Counted from the first letter of the stretch, positions 1 through 7,320 are shown. The stretch is DNA of 10,026 nucleotides from a virus (IMGVR_UViG_2706794694_000003); one strand, 5' to 3'. Notes: a model not told the origin generated them from the letters alone. Translations and numbers: made by a program.

Positions 1-54
1 GTTACGCAGAGAATCGTAACGGGATACCAGATCAAGAGCCTGTCCAATGTGCAT
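1..54 (-). CDS. insG: IS4-family transposase, N-terminal 18 codons (partial, runs off window)
   Basis: Minus-strand translation from ATG 54-52 gives MHIGQALDLVSRYDSLRN, which I recall as the start of IS4 InsG. Not in the ORF track because it is truncated by the window edge. Confidence 0.55.
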   Translation of the reverse strand, partial: MHIGQALDLVSRYDSLRN

Positions 55-138
55 AAAAAAATCCGGAAACAAGTGAGCGTTTCCGGATTCTTACACAGCC
101 ACTGGATCGGTCAACTGATCCTTAACTGATCGGCATTA
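1..138 (-). mobile_element. IS4-like insertion sequence, left end (partial; continues beyond window start)
   Basis: Read on the minus strand from 138: TAATGCCGATCAGTTAAG..., then an 84-nt leader containing a 10-bp hairpin (61-70 pairs with 79-88) followed by a T7 run, then the transposase ATG at 54-52. Identification rests on my recollection of the IS4 transposase N-terminus and terminal repeat, not on a search. Confidence 0.6.
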
Positions 139-1278
139 CACCACCGGGACGCGGATTCATATCTTCCAGGTCGCGGCAGTCATTGGAAGAGTAAATTCCC
201 CAGTTGATCCCGGTGGCGTAGGCTTCAAAACGGGACTTCATATCCCCGCGCAGTAACGCCCCGGCGTTAAATTTGGCGTAATAAACGCCCTGCTTACTTT
301 TTCGTACCAGTCCGGTGTTGATCCGCTGTTCGATGCGGGTCAGATACGGCACCAGTGAATAGTTGATAAATCCCAGCCCCAGCTCTTCGATATTGTTGAA
401 GGTGGCGCGATCGGTGTTCTGCACCATGTGCAACGGCACCCGGAACAGACGACAGATTTCTTCCAGCTGAAACTTGCGGGTTTCCAGGAACTGACTGTCC
501 TCGGCGTTCAGCGCCATCGACTTCCAGTCCAGCCCCATTTCCAGAATCATCGGGCGGTGAGCATTGCCAAGCCCCGTGTGACACTCCTCAAAATCTTTCT
601 TCAGACGCTCGTAAGCATCCGGCGTGAGCTTTTGTTCCGTACGCAACACACCGGATGTCACCGCACCATTACTAAACAACCTGGCACCGTGCTCCTCGGT
701 TGCCGCTGCCAGTGAAATGGCCTCACGCGCATACGCAATGGGATTCAGCCCGACAAGTCCATCCAGCGTCAGGGTGCGCACATGCCAGATTTCATTCTGG
801 GTCAACACATCCACGGAACCATCCGGAAACGTCACCTGATAAACCGGCTGCCACTGGCTGTTCAGCTTCGGTTCCACACAGCCCGGATCTATCGGAAGAA
901 GCTCCACCACTTCTCCCAGTGCCTTTACCTTGTAGGCGTAAAAATTCCCCCGTAGACACAGGCAGACAATAACCAGCTCCCAGAATTCCTGCGGTGTCAT
1001 GTAGCCATTAGGTTTTGCCGAAACCAACTTATGCAGTCGTTCATCCACCGCCCGTGTTTTCAGGGTACCGCTGATTTTGTAGAGACTGCAGGGCAGCATA
1101 CCAACAGACTCTGCCAGCACCCTGACGCAAGAATAGACCGCCGTCAGGCGCATGGCCCGCTGGCTACTGATCCGCTTTCCGGTATAGGTGTCGTATGACA
1201 GCCCGATAGCATCAGCAGTTCTGCTGGCGTGGTCACCGGCACATCGCTTTTTCGTTGAAATAATCCCGAAAAGAACAC
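122..1278 (-). CDS. Phage portal protein, HK97 family; probably disrupted (start unresolved, 3' end inside the IS4 terminus)
   Basis: Track ORF 122..1369 translates to a portal-like protein (AMRLTAVYSCVRVLAES motif and a long conserved body). The first 30 track codons begin at TTG, are Cys/Arg/Trp-rich and overlap the 60-aa ORF in another frame, so they are unlikely to be real. The only strong RBS (GGAGGT 1290-1285) precedes GTG 1278 in a different frame. Stop TAA 122-124 lies inside the putative IS4 terminal repeat. Confidence 0.6.
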
Positions 1279-1460
1279 TATTTACCTCCGCCGACAGACT
1301 GCCGTGTACGGTCGAGATATCGCGCCACCAGCCACGACCAGAACAGGCACAGCGCCCCGGCAACAACAAAACCCGCCGGGGGATAAATCAGCCAGGCACC
1401 ATACGCCAGCAAAAGCGCACCCAGCACGCCCACCAGAGGCGCGAGAATCAGCATGATCAT
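1278..1460 (-). CDS. Hypothetical small membrane protein (60 aa, two predicted transmembrane helices)
   Basis: ATG at 1460 is preceded by GAGGTAA with good spacing and starts 12 nt after the terminase large-subunit stop. Codon usage is E. coli-like (CTG/GCG-rich). Translation [60 protein letters not shown] has two hydrophobic segments and a charged tail. No family recognised. Confidence 0.45.
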   Translation of the reverse strand: MIMLILAPLVGVLGALLLAYGAWLIYPPAGFVVAGALCLFWSWLVARYLDRTRQSVGGGK

Positions 1461-1471
1461 AATTACCTCAG

Positions 1472-3205
1472 TTAAAGCGAGCGGATCCCGTAGGACTCAA
1501 TGTGGTCAGACAGCGTGTCTTCTTTCTCGTACAGCATGGCTCTGCCAACCGCCATAATCAGCGCAACTGCACCATCGATTTTGTTTTCCGCCTGCTCTTT
1601 GACGGGTTTCACCACATCATCGTTACCCGGCATGTTTTTGCCGACCACGTTGCCGATACACCAGGTCATGATGGGATTGCCGTCATGATGAAAACGTCCC
1701 GATTCAATCGCTGCTTCCAGCTCTTTCATCGGATCGGACATATTGGTGAAGTTCTGGACGATAGTGACGGGATTCAGGTCTTCATCAGCAAGGTCATGTG
1801 ACAACCCGGTCGCCCCGAAGGGGTCGATGGGTGACTCACTGACCGGGCTGATTTTGTTCGCCGCTTTGGCCTCCTCGAGGATGTAGCGATAATCCACCTC
1901 CGCACCATCGGTAACGGTCAGAACGCCCATTTCCACCCATTTCTGAAAGCGTTCGGCTGTCCGTCGATCTTCATTTTTCTCGACGCTGTACACCGTGTCA
2001 TACGGTACCCAGAAACGCGGGGCCACACTGTAGTAATGCGTTTTACCGTCAATCTCGCGGGTATAAAGTCGCGCCATGCTGTTCATATCCAGCTTACGCG
2101 CCAGGTCAAAGGCCAGAATGCACGGCTGCCCCTCGAACTGCTCAAGGGTCAGTGATTTATCCTCGCAGCTCTGCCAGCTCACCAAGTTGAAATACGCCGA
2201 ACGCGCCGACACCCAGATATTGAGGTGTTTTGTTTTAAAGACGTTTGCCAGACGGGCGTTATTTTTCGCACGCTGCTGCTGACTTAACAAAAATTCGCGA
2301 TAAACCGACACGCCAATATTTGGATTGGCTTTTTCCAGCACCTGCGGGCCGGTCCAGTCGTCACCTTCATCAACGGTATAGATGATCCCGAACAGTTCAT
2401 CGTTAGGCACCGAGCCGTTGAGCATCTCGATGACTTCCCGCCGCTTGTCGTAGCACGGCCCCTCAATGTTGTACCCGGCGGTGGTGATGGCCCACATCAG
2501 TGGCTGACGTCGCGCCCCCATCCCGGTAAGCATTGTGGTATAAAGCGCATCGGTGGCATGCTCGTGATATTCATCAACCACGGCACAGTGGGGTGATGAA
2601 CCATCACCTGGGTTGCCGATCAGCGGTTCAAACCGCGCGCCATCCTCCGGACGGTTCATGTTTGAGGCGTTAACCTCAATCCCGAACGCTTCCGTCAGCA
2701 TGGGTGTGCGTTTACACATCAGTCGCGCCGGGCGAAAGACTTCCCACGCCTGTTTCTCTGTCGTGGCACCGGAATACACTTCCGCGCCAAACTCGTTATC
2801 ACAGGCAAAACAATACAGGGCAACACCGGCAGAGATTGCTGATTTGCCGTTCTTACGGGGGATTTCGGTGTACACCTCCCGGAAGCGGCGCAACCGGGTG
2901 CCTTTATTGACCCAGCCAAACGCACAGCAGATCACAAATAGCTGCCACGGCTCCAGCGTGATGGGCATCCGTTTGAATGCCCACTCCCCCTTGGTGTGCG
3001 GCAACAGCTGAATAAATTTCGCGGCCCGTTCAGCCAGGTCCTTGTCGAAGCGGTAACGAAACGACTTACTTTTTTCCGCCATCAGGTCATCAAGATGGCG
3101 CTGGCAGGCCTGAATCACAAACTGGCAGGCAACAATCTTTCCGCGCACGACATCCCGGGCATACTGATTTGCAGCATTTACGTTGGGGTAAGATTTCCGG
3201 CTCAT
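1472..3205 (-). CDS. Phage terminase large subunit
   Basis: 577-aa ORF with ATG start whose ATGA overlaps the stop of the upstream small-subunit gene. Walker A-like RKNGKS motif and typical ATPase/nuclease-length architecture. It follows the small subunit and precedes the portal. Confidence 0.9.
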   Translation of the reverse strand: MSRKSYPNVNAANQYARDVVRGKIVACQFVIQACQRHLDDLMAEKSKSFRYRFDKDLAERAAKFIQLLPHTKGEWAFKRMPITLEPWQLFVICCAFGWVNKGTRLRRFREVYTEIPRKNGKSAISAGVALYCFACDNEFGAEVYSGATTEKQAWEVFRPARLMCKRTPMLTEAFGIEVNASNMNRPEDGARFEPLIGNPGDGSSPHCAVVDEYHEHATDALYTTMLTGMGARRQPLMWAITTAGYNIEGPCYDKRREVIEMLNGSVPNDELFGIIYTVDEGDDWTGPQVLEKANPNIGVSVYREFLLSQQQRAKNNARLANVFKTKHLNIWVSARSAYFNLVSWQSCEDKSLTLEQFEGQPCILAFDLARKLDMNSMARLYTREIDGKTHYYSVAPRFWVPYDTVYSVEKNEDRRTAERFQKWVEMGVLTVTDGAEVDYRYILEEAKAANKISPVSESPIDPFGATGLSHDLADEDLNPVTIVQNFTNMSDPMKELEAAIESGRFHHDGNPIMTWCIGNVVGKNMPGNDDVVKPVKEQAENKIDGAVALIMAVGRAMLYEKEDTLSDHIESYGIRSL

Positions 3206-3696
3206 GATTCGATAATTTTCAGAAACGGGTTAGTGGCTTTCTTCTGCCCCGCCAGGCCAATCAGACGCTGGCGGCTGCTGGGGTCGAGTCCGAGCATTGC
3301 CCCCGTGCTGCTCATCTCGGACTCCTGTTCTTTTTTGGCGGTCAGCTCCGGATTTTTGACCCTGCCGCCCATTGCACCGGTGATGGTGTTGCCCTGTATG
3401 GCAATATTTTTCACGGCACGTCGCCAGAACTCATAGGCCACGCACCACCGCTCAAGTACCGCCAGGTCAGTCACGCACAGCAGGCCCTGACCGCAGAGTT
3501 CTTTGGTTGTCAGTTGCCACATGATCGTGGCGAGAGGGAGATCTTCTTCAGCGAACCACTCTGGTGGCTCAACACCTTTGATGGGCGTAAAAACAGGTTC
3601 ATCTTTGTTCAGGGCTCGCTTGCCGGGGTTTCCGGCCAGCGCCTTGCGCGCCGTTGGCTTGGGGCGACGCCCGGAACGCCCCGCCGTTCCAGCCAT
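3202..3696 (-). CDS. Phage terminase small subunit (P27-like family)
   Basis: Chosen start is ATG 3696-3694 ([18 protein letters not shown]...), preceded by AGGAG at about 8 nt. The track start at 3705 is GTG and adds 3 codons. The basic N-terminus is typical of small terminase subunits. Stop overlaps the large-subunit ATG. Confidence 0.8.
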   Translation of the reverse strand: MAGTAGRSGRRPKPTARKALAGNPGKRALNKDEPVFTPIKGVEPPEWFAEEDLPLATIMWQLTTKELCGQGLLCVTDLAVLERWCVAYEFWRRAVKNIAIQGNTITGAMGGRVKNPELTAKKEQESEMSSTGAMLGLDPSSRQRLIGLAGQKKATNPFLKIIES

Positions 3697-3746
3697 ATGC
3701 GGCACTCCTGGTTAAATTTCATTTTTCGCGGGTATAAAAAAACGAT

Positions 3747-3795
3747 GGGGCGGGCAGTCCGGAAGACGTCAGGTCACAGGGATTTGCCCCGCCCC
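3747..3795. other. GC-rich imperfect inverted repeat between the HNH gene and terminase small subunit; candidate cos site or terminator
   Basis: GGGGCGGGCA (3747-3756) and TGCCCCGCCCC (3785-3795) are near-perfect reverse complements separated by 28 nt. On the minus strand the element is followed by TTTTTTTAT. It sits where HK97-like phages place cos. Confidence 0.3.
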
Positions 3796-3817
3796 TCCCT
3801 ACAAGTGAGAATAATTA

Positions 3818-4168
3818 TCACCGGATTCGTTCGCGCGCTGTTTTCGCTTTATGGCAGGGCCAGCACAGACTCTGCAGGTTGCTGTCTGCGTCTGTTCCGC
3901 CATGCGCTTTCGGGATGATGTGGTCGACGGTTTTCGCCTCGCTCACCACACCGACACGCAGACACAACTGACACAGACCTTTATCGCGCTTCAGAATACG
4001 GGCACGAATCACCGTCCATTTTGAGCCATAGCCACGCTGGTGGCGGCTCAGTCCGCGCTGGTGCTGCACCCAGCCTTCACCGCGATGTTTATCGCAGTAA
4101 CCCGAACTGTCTGTGGTTGTACCTGCACATCCACGCTTACGGCAGGCACGTGGGATTAGTGATGGCAT
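3818..4168 (-). CDS. HNH endonuclease (packaging-associated, HK97 gp74-like position)
   Basis: 116-aa ORF with ATG start and GAGGT RBS. Cys-rich N-terminal region, then DHIIPKAHGG and CWPCHKAK, consistent with an HNH/zinc-finger nuclease. Located immediately upstream of the terminase genes. Confidence 0.85.
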   Translation of the reverse strand: MPSLIPRACRKRGCAGTTTDSSGYCDKHRGEGWVQHQRGLSRHQRGYGSKWTVIRARILKRDKGLCQLCLRVGVVSEAKTVDHIIPKAHGGTDADSNLQSLCWPCHKAKTARERIR

Positions 4169-4210
4169 AAATACCTCATACCCTGCGAAATGTTTACCAC
4201 GATAAAAAGG

Positions 4211-4465
4211 CTACTTAATGCACTGAGTGCGGATATACTCCTGTGCCCCTTCCAGTTGCATCTGCATCGTCATCAGCCGCTCTCTGAGGGTGAAATAATC
4301 CCGTTCAGCGGTGTCTGCCAGTCGGGGGCTGGTTGCATTATCCACGCCGGAGGCGGTGGTGGCTTCACGCACTGACTGACAGACTGCTTTGATGTGCAAC
4401 CGACGACGACCAGCGGCAACATCAGCGCGCAGAGTTTCATTTTCAGCTTTCGCATCAGCTAACTC
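4211..4465 (-). CDS. Rz: Rz-like i-spanin, C-terminal part (5' end lost in the N gap)
   Basis: The frame is open from the gap edge to TAG at 4211-4213. Translation ...ENETLRADVAAGRRRLHIKAVCQSVREATTASGVDNATSPRLADTAERDYFTLRERLMTMQMQLEGAQEYIRTQCIK closely matches the lambda Rz C-terminus as I recall it. Confidence 0.8.
   Translation of the reverse strand, partial: ELADAKAENETLRADVAAGRRRLHIKAVCQSVREATTASGVDNATSPRLADTAERDYFTLRERLMTMQMQLEGAQEYIRTQCIK
4273..4455 (-). CDS. Rz1: Rz1-like o-spanin lipoprotein, embedded in Rz in another frame
   Basis: ATG at 4455; MRKLKMKLCALMLPLVVVGCTSKQ... has a signal peptide with a lipobox Cys and a proline-rich mature region. Entirely nested within the Rz reading frame, the classic Rz/Rz1 arrangement. 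Confidence 0.75.
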   Translation of the reverse strand: MRKLKMKLCALMLPLVVVGCTSKQSVSQCVKPPPPPAWIMQPAPDWQTPLNGIISPSESG

Positions 4466-4715
4466 NNNNNNNNNNNNNNNNNNNNNNNNNNNNNNNNNNN
4501 NNNNNNNNNNNNNNNNNNNNNNNNNNNNNNNNNNNNNNNNNNNNNNNNNNNNNNNNNNNNNNNNNNNNNNNNNNNNNNNNNNNNNNNNNNNNNNNNNNNN
4601 NNNNNNNNNNNNNNNNNNNNNNNNNNNNNNNNNNNNNNNNNNNNNNNNNNNNNNNNNNNNNNNNNNNNNNNNNNNNNNNNNNNNNNNNNNNNNNNNNNNN
4701 NNNNNNNNNNNNNNN
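4466..4715. other. Assembly gap (250 N)
   Basis: Uninterrupted run of N from 4466 to 4715. Confidence 0.95.
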
Positions 4716-5001
4716 CCGGTATATCGACTTTGATGTACGGGTTAATTTGTCTGGCGACAGTGGCAAGGTCTTTATTCAGGAGGGCTTTGCATTCTGCTTC
4801 GGTATACGTTTTACCGAGCATGATGTCTTTTCCGGTGTGTCCGTGACATACAGTCCATACACCAATGATATCTTTGTATGGTATGTAGCTGACACCTTCC
4901 AGACCATCGTTACCACCTGGGCCAGTGATTAACACAGATGCTATAGCAACAGCCCCACCACCAATAGCAGCTGCAACAGCCTTGCGTAATGATGGCGACA
5001 T
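4716..5001 (-). CDS. R: SAR-type endolysin (phage lysozyme), N-terminal 95 codons; 3' end lost in the gap
   Basis: ATG 5001-4999 with GAGGTG RBS. The Gly/Ala-rich N-terminal segment ([27 protein letters not shown]) is a signal-anchor-release domain, followed by lysozyme-like sequence ([22 protein letters not shown]...). Resembles the phage 21 endolysin as I recall it. Confidence 0.85.
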
Positions 5002-5216
5002 TATTCACCTCTCGCAGCCTTACGCTTGTCTTCTCTTATTTTGAAATACAGATTTGTCAGATAAGTCAGAAGCCCCAGAAGCAGACTTCCCAGCACACCA
5101 ATCGCAGCCCACTGTGATGGACTGACCTGATCCAACCACTGCAAAAACCAGTAGCCGGCACTGCCGGCGGAGGTGCCGTAGGCAATGCCTGTTGATATTT
5201 TTTCCATCTGATACAT
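5001..5216 (-). CDS. S: Class II holin (phage 21 S-like pinholin) with dual-start motif
   Basis: 71 aa, [71 protein letters not shown], with two transmembrane segments and a charged C-terminus. Met1 and Met4 give the antiholin/holin dual start. Stop TAA shares a base with the endolysin ATG. Confidence 0.85.
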   Translation of the reverse strand: MYQMEKISTGIAYGTSAGSAGYWFLQWLDQVSPSQWAAIGVLGSLLLGLLTYLTNLYFKIREDKRKAARGE

Positions 5217-5246
5217 ATCCCGCCCCCCGACAGACCTGTGCTATCG

Positions 5247-5283
5247 GAAAGAAAAAAGGCCATCAGCAAAACTCTGATGGCCT
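5247..5283 (-). terminator. Intrinsic terminator-like hairpin upstream of the holin
   Basis: On the minus strand: GGCCATCAG-agttttg-CTGATGGCC (9-bp stem) followed by TTTTTTCTTT. Confidence 0.5.
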
Positions 5284-5896
5284 GAATCACCTTTACCAAT
5301 ATTGTATGAAAAAACACGCACGACTAATTGACAATAATTTTCATTTCCATTAAAAAAGATCGCGTAGCATTCTTAATTCATGAGGAACTTTACCCGCCAG
5401 CAATCTGAGTAGCGAAAGCTGTTCATCCCCAATGTTTTTGCTGGCGGGTCCTTTTTTCTACGGTCCTCCTCCCCGGAGGGGGGCATTTCATTATTTTTCT
5501 AATCGTTACTGGTGAGAAGGCGGAAGAAAAAGCCAGTTCTTCGCCCCTAAATAACAGCATGATTCCAGTCCATGCAAAATCTGATTTCCAGCTCACACAT
5601 ACCGAGCGCTGTACAAAAAACCGCCAGCCAAGGCAGTTAAGAGTGTGTTCCCGGGGTTTGCTTAGAATATTTTGTAAGTTGTCCGAAGAGATATTTACAA
5701 CACCAGAATGATGAATCATCAGTCCCCTGCCAGAGGTTCACTACGTAACCTGACCGACAATGCACCATTCTGGTGCTGAAAAAAGAGCACTGGAACTGCA
5801 ACAAAACAACATCACAGAACAGGAGATGGTAAGGAGTCAGACATTCCCACACAATATTGTGTCAGTGCAAATAACAACCTTCGTCTCAAATCTCGC

Positions 5897-5971
<75 letters not shown>

Positions 5972-5974
5972 ATA

Positions 5975-6050
<76 letters not shown>

Positions 6051-6052
6051 GC

Positions 6053-6129
6053 TGGCCCACCACCGAGGACTCGAACCTCGCACCGTCAACTTAGAAGGTT
6101 GATGCTCTATCCGGATGAGCTAGTGGTGG
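6053..6129 (-). tRNA. tRNA-Arg (anticodon UCU), unusual C1:G72 acceptor start
   Basis: Reverse complement CCACCACTAGCTCATCCGGATAGAGCATCAACCTTCTAAGTTGACGGTGCGAGGTTCGAGTCCTCGGTGGTGGGCCA. Cloverleaf folds with a perfect 7-bp acceptor stem, anticodon loop CTTCTAA, encoded CCA. Confidence 0.75.
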
Positions 6130-6130
6130 T

Positions 6131-6207
6131 TGGTGGCCCTTGCTGGACTTGAACCAGCGACCTGGCGATTATGAGTCGCTCGCTCTGACCAACTGAGCTA
6201 AAGGGCC
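6131..6207 (-). tRNA. tRNA with CAU anticodon, most like tRNA-Ile2 (lysidine type, reads AUA); tRNA-Met cannot be excluded from sequence alone
   Basis: Reverse complement GGCCCTTTAGCTCAGTTGGTCAGAGCGAGCGACTCATAATCGCCAGGTCGCTGGTTCAAGTCCAGCAAGGGCCACCA. Closely resembles host ileX-type tRNA as I recall it. Anticodon loop CTCATAA. Confidence 0.8.
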
Positions 6208-6216
6208 GGAGGCAGA

Positions 6217-6245
6217 ATAATAACCATATGTCATCACATCTGCAA
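6217..6245 (-). promoter_or_regulatory. Putative sigma70 promoter for the tRNA cluster
   Basis: Minus strand TTGCAG (6245-6240), 17-nt spacer, TATTAT (6222-6217), about 9 nt before the first tRNA 5' end. Confidence 0.4.
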
Positions 6246-6293
6246 ACTCATCTGACCACCAGCACGTTTAACGTCCTGTGCCGTTTTTCAGGT

Positions 6294-6320
6294 ATAAAAA
6301 AACCCGCTCATCGGCGGGTT
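6294..6320 (-). terminator. Intrinsic terminator downstream of the ORF6N-domain gene
   Basis: Minus strand AAACCCGC-cgatga-GCGGGTTT followed by TTTTTTAT, about 75 nt after the stop at 6397. Confidence 0.6.
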
Positions 6321-6396
6321 TAAGCTGTGTGGCGTAGTAACCACTCTTAACAGGATATTCAACTTTTTACGATCGTAAAGTTTTCGGAAAAAATTT

Positions 6397-6960
6397 TTAA
6401 AACCGCATCAACCGCTCCACCAGTTGCTCTTTACGGGCAACGATCCACCCGTGTTGCTCCAGATAAAATTTAAACCGTTCCAGAGTACATACCATCGCAT
6501 CGGCGGGTACCTTTTCCGTGAACTCAACCTGACCGTGTTTATCGAAGTGGCTCAGTAATGCGCATCCATCATTTTCGATAGATGTGTTTTGTGCCGCTGG
6601 TGGCTGTTTCTGGTTGAAATAACAGTCTTCCAGTTTTTCGAACACTTCCCACGCCTGATCGGTTTCGAGCATTTTGGCGTGACGGGCTGCGCCACGTTCT
6701 GTCCAGAGGATGAGGGAGCGAACGTTACGGGCAATTTTCACAGAAACTCTTAAAGAGTTTTCGTTCTTCAACTCTCGTAACGCATCACCTTCTATCAGGA
6801 AAAAATGTTTACCTTCTATAAACCGTTCTTTGTTTCGATTGAAATTGTTTGTCAAACGCTGGCGCTCTGTTCCGTACAAATCAGCCAGCAGCTCTGTTGT
6901 CATGACAGGAAGATGGTTATGCGTAAGTGACGGGAGTTTTTCAATAGACGTGCGATTCAT
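6397..6960 (-). CDS. ORF6N-domain (KilA-N/Bro-N-like DNA-binding) protein with a C-terminal domain of unknown function
   Basis: Chosen start ATG 6960-6958 (MNRTSIEK...), 7 nt after AAAGGA; an ATG two codons upstream at 6966 is an alternative. N-terminal region LPVMTTELLADLYGTERQRLTNNFNRNKERFIEGKHFFLIEGDALREL...WTERGAARHAKMLETDQAWEVF matches the ORF6N pattern as I recall it. The track's 253-aa version begins at GTG and adds a Trp/Cys/Phe-rich stretch overlapping the promoter, which I discount. Confidence 0.7.
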   Translation of the reverse strand: MNRTSIEKLPSLTHNHLPVMTTELLADLYGTERQRLTNNFNRNKERFIEGKHFFLIEGDALRELKNENSLRVSVKIARNVRSLILWTERGAARHAKMLETDQAWEVFEKLEDCYFNQKQPPAAQNTSIENDGCALLSHFDKHGQVEFTEKVPADAMVCTLERFKFYLEQHGWIVARKEQLVERLMRF

Positions 6961-7166
6961 AGACATGTCCTTTCGAATATTTTGATTTACCCCTTTTGAG
7001 AGGGTGACCGGGCGCTCAAAACCGTCGAAAGTCGGCGGGCGTATTTCCATTGCTGGTATTGTATTAGCCGCACACCCGGTCATAAACCAAGAATTCTGGA
7101 CACAAAAAAACCACATGGCTATCGGGTGTGGATACCGCTTTCGAGGTGTTTTGAGCACCGCGGGGA

Positions 7167-7195
7167 AATGTAAACTGCAAACCTGAAACTGTCAA
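7167..7195 (-). promoter_or_regulatory. Near-consensus sigma70 promoter facing the ORF6N-domain gene
   Basis: Minus strand TTGACA (7195-7190), 17-nt spacer, TACATT (7172-7167). The roughly 200-nt leader contains a short hairpin plus T7 run (about 7101-7131). Confidence 0.4.
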
Positions 7196-7320
7196 CACCG
7201 TCAGGTTCCAATCATCGGGTGGTGAGACGCACAGGGTTGGAACTACCGGGAAACCGACCGGCGAGCTTTTCAGCTCCCCCATGCGCCCCACCATAATTCA
7301 GATGTGCGCGTGCATACGAC

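Noticed and set aside
1279-1369. TTG-initiated first 30 codons of the 415-aa portal track ORF
   Set aside because: Cys/Arg/Trp-rich, no RBS, and fully overlaps the 60-aa membrane ORF in another frame; looks like out-of-frame read-through.
428-3436. Plus-strand ORFs antisense to portal and terminase (for example 428..715, 2613..3011, 2996..3436)
   Set aside because: Each lies wholly inside a strongly supported minus-strand gene, with no RBS and repetitive or basic low-complexity translations typical of antisense frames.
4389-4766. Track ORFs containing runs of X (4389..4733 plus strand, 4455..4766 minus strand)
   Set aside because: They span the N gap, so frame and length are meaningless.
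5762-5776. Short hairpin GCACCA-ttc-TGGTGC considered as a terminator for the tRNA operon
   Set aside because: On the tRNA strand the T-run precedes rather than follows the stem, so it does not fit an intrinsic terminator.
5423-5852. Minus-strand track ORFs of 98 aa (5423..5719) and 71 aa (5637..5852)
   Set aside because: Atypical Cys/Trp/Phe-rich composition, no convincing RBS, and they overlap each other and structured non-coding elements.
5217-5896. Shiga-toxin (stxAB) genes at the Q-tRNA-holin position
   Set aside because: Specifically looked for because of the Q type and tRNA cluster, but the interval is only 680 bp with no ORF of suitable size or composition.
6961-7158. N-terminal 64 codons of the 253-aa track ORF (ORF6N-domain gene)
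   Set aside because: Begins at GTG, translation is Trp/Cys/Phe-rich and non-protein-like, and it overlaps the predicted promoter at 7167-7195. An ATG with an RBS at 6960/6966 starts the recognisable domain.
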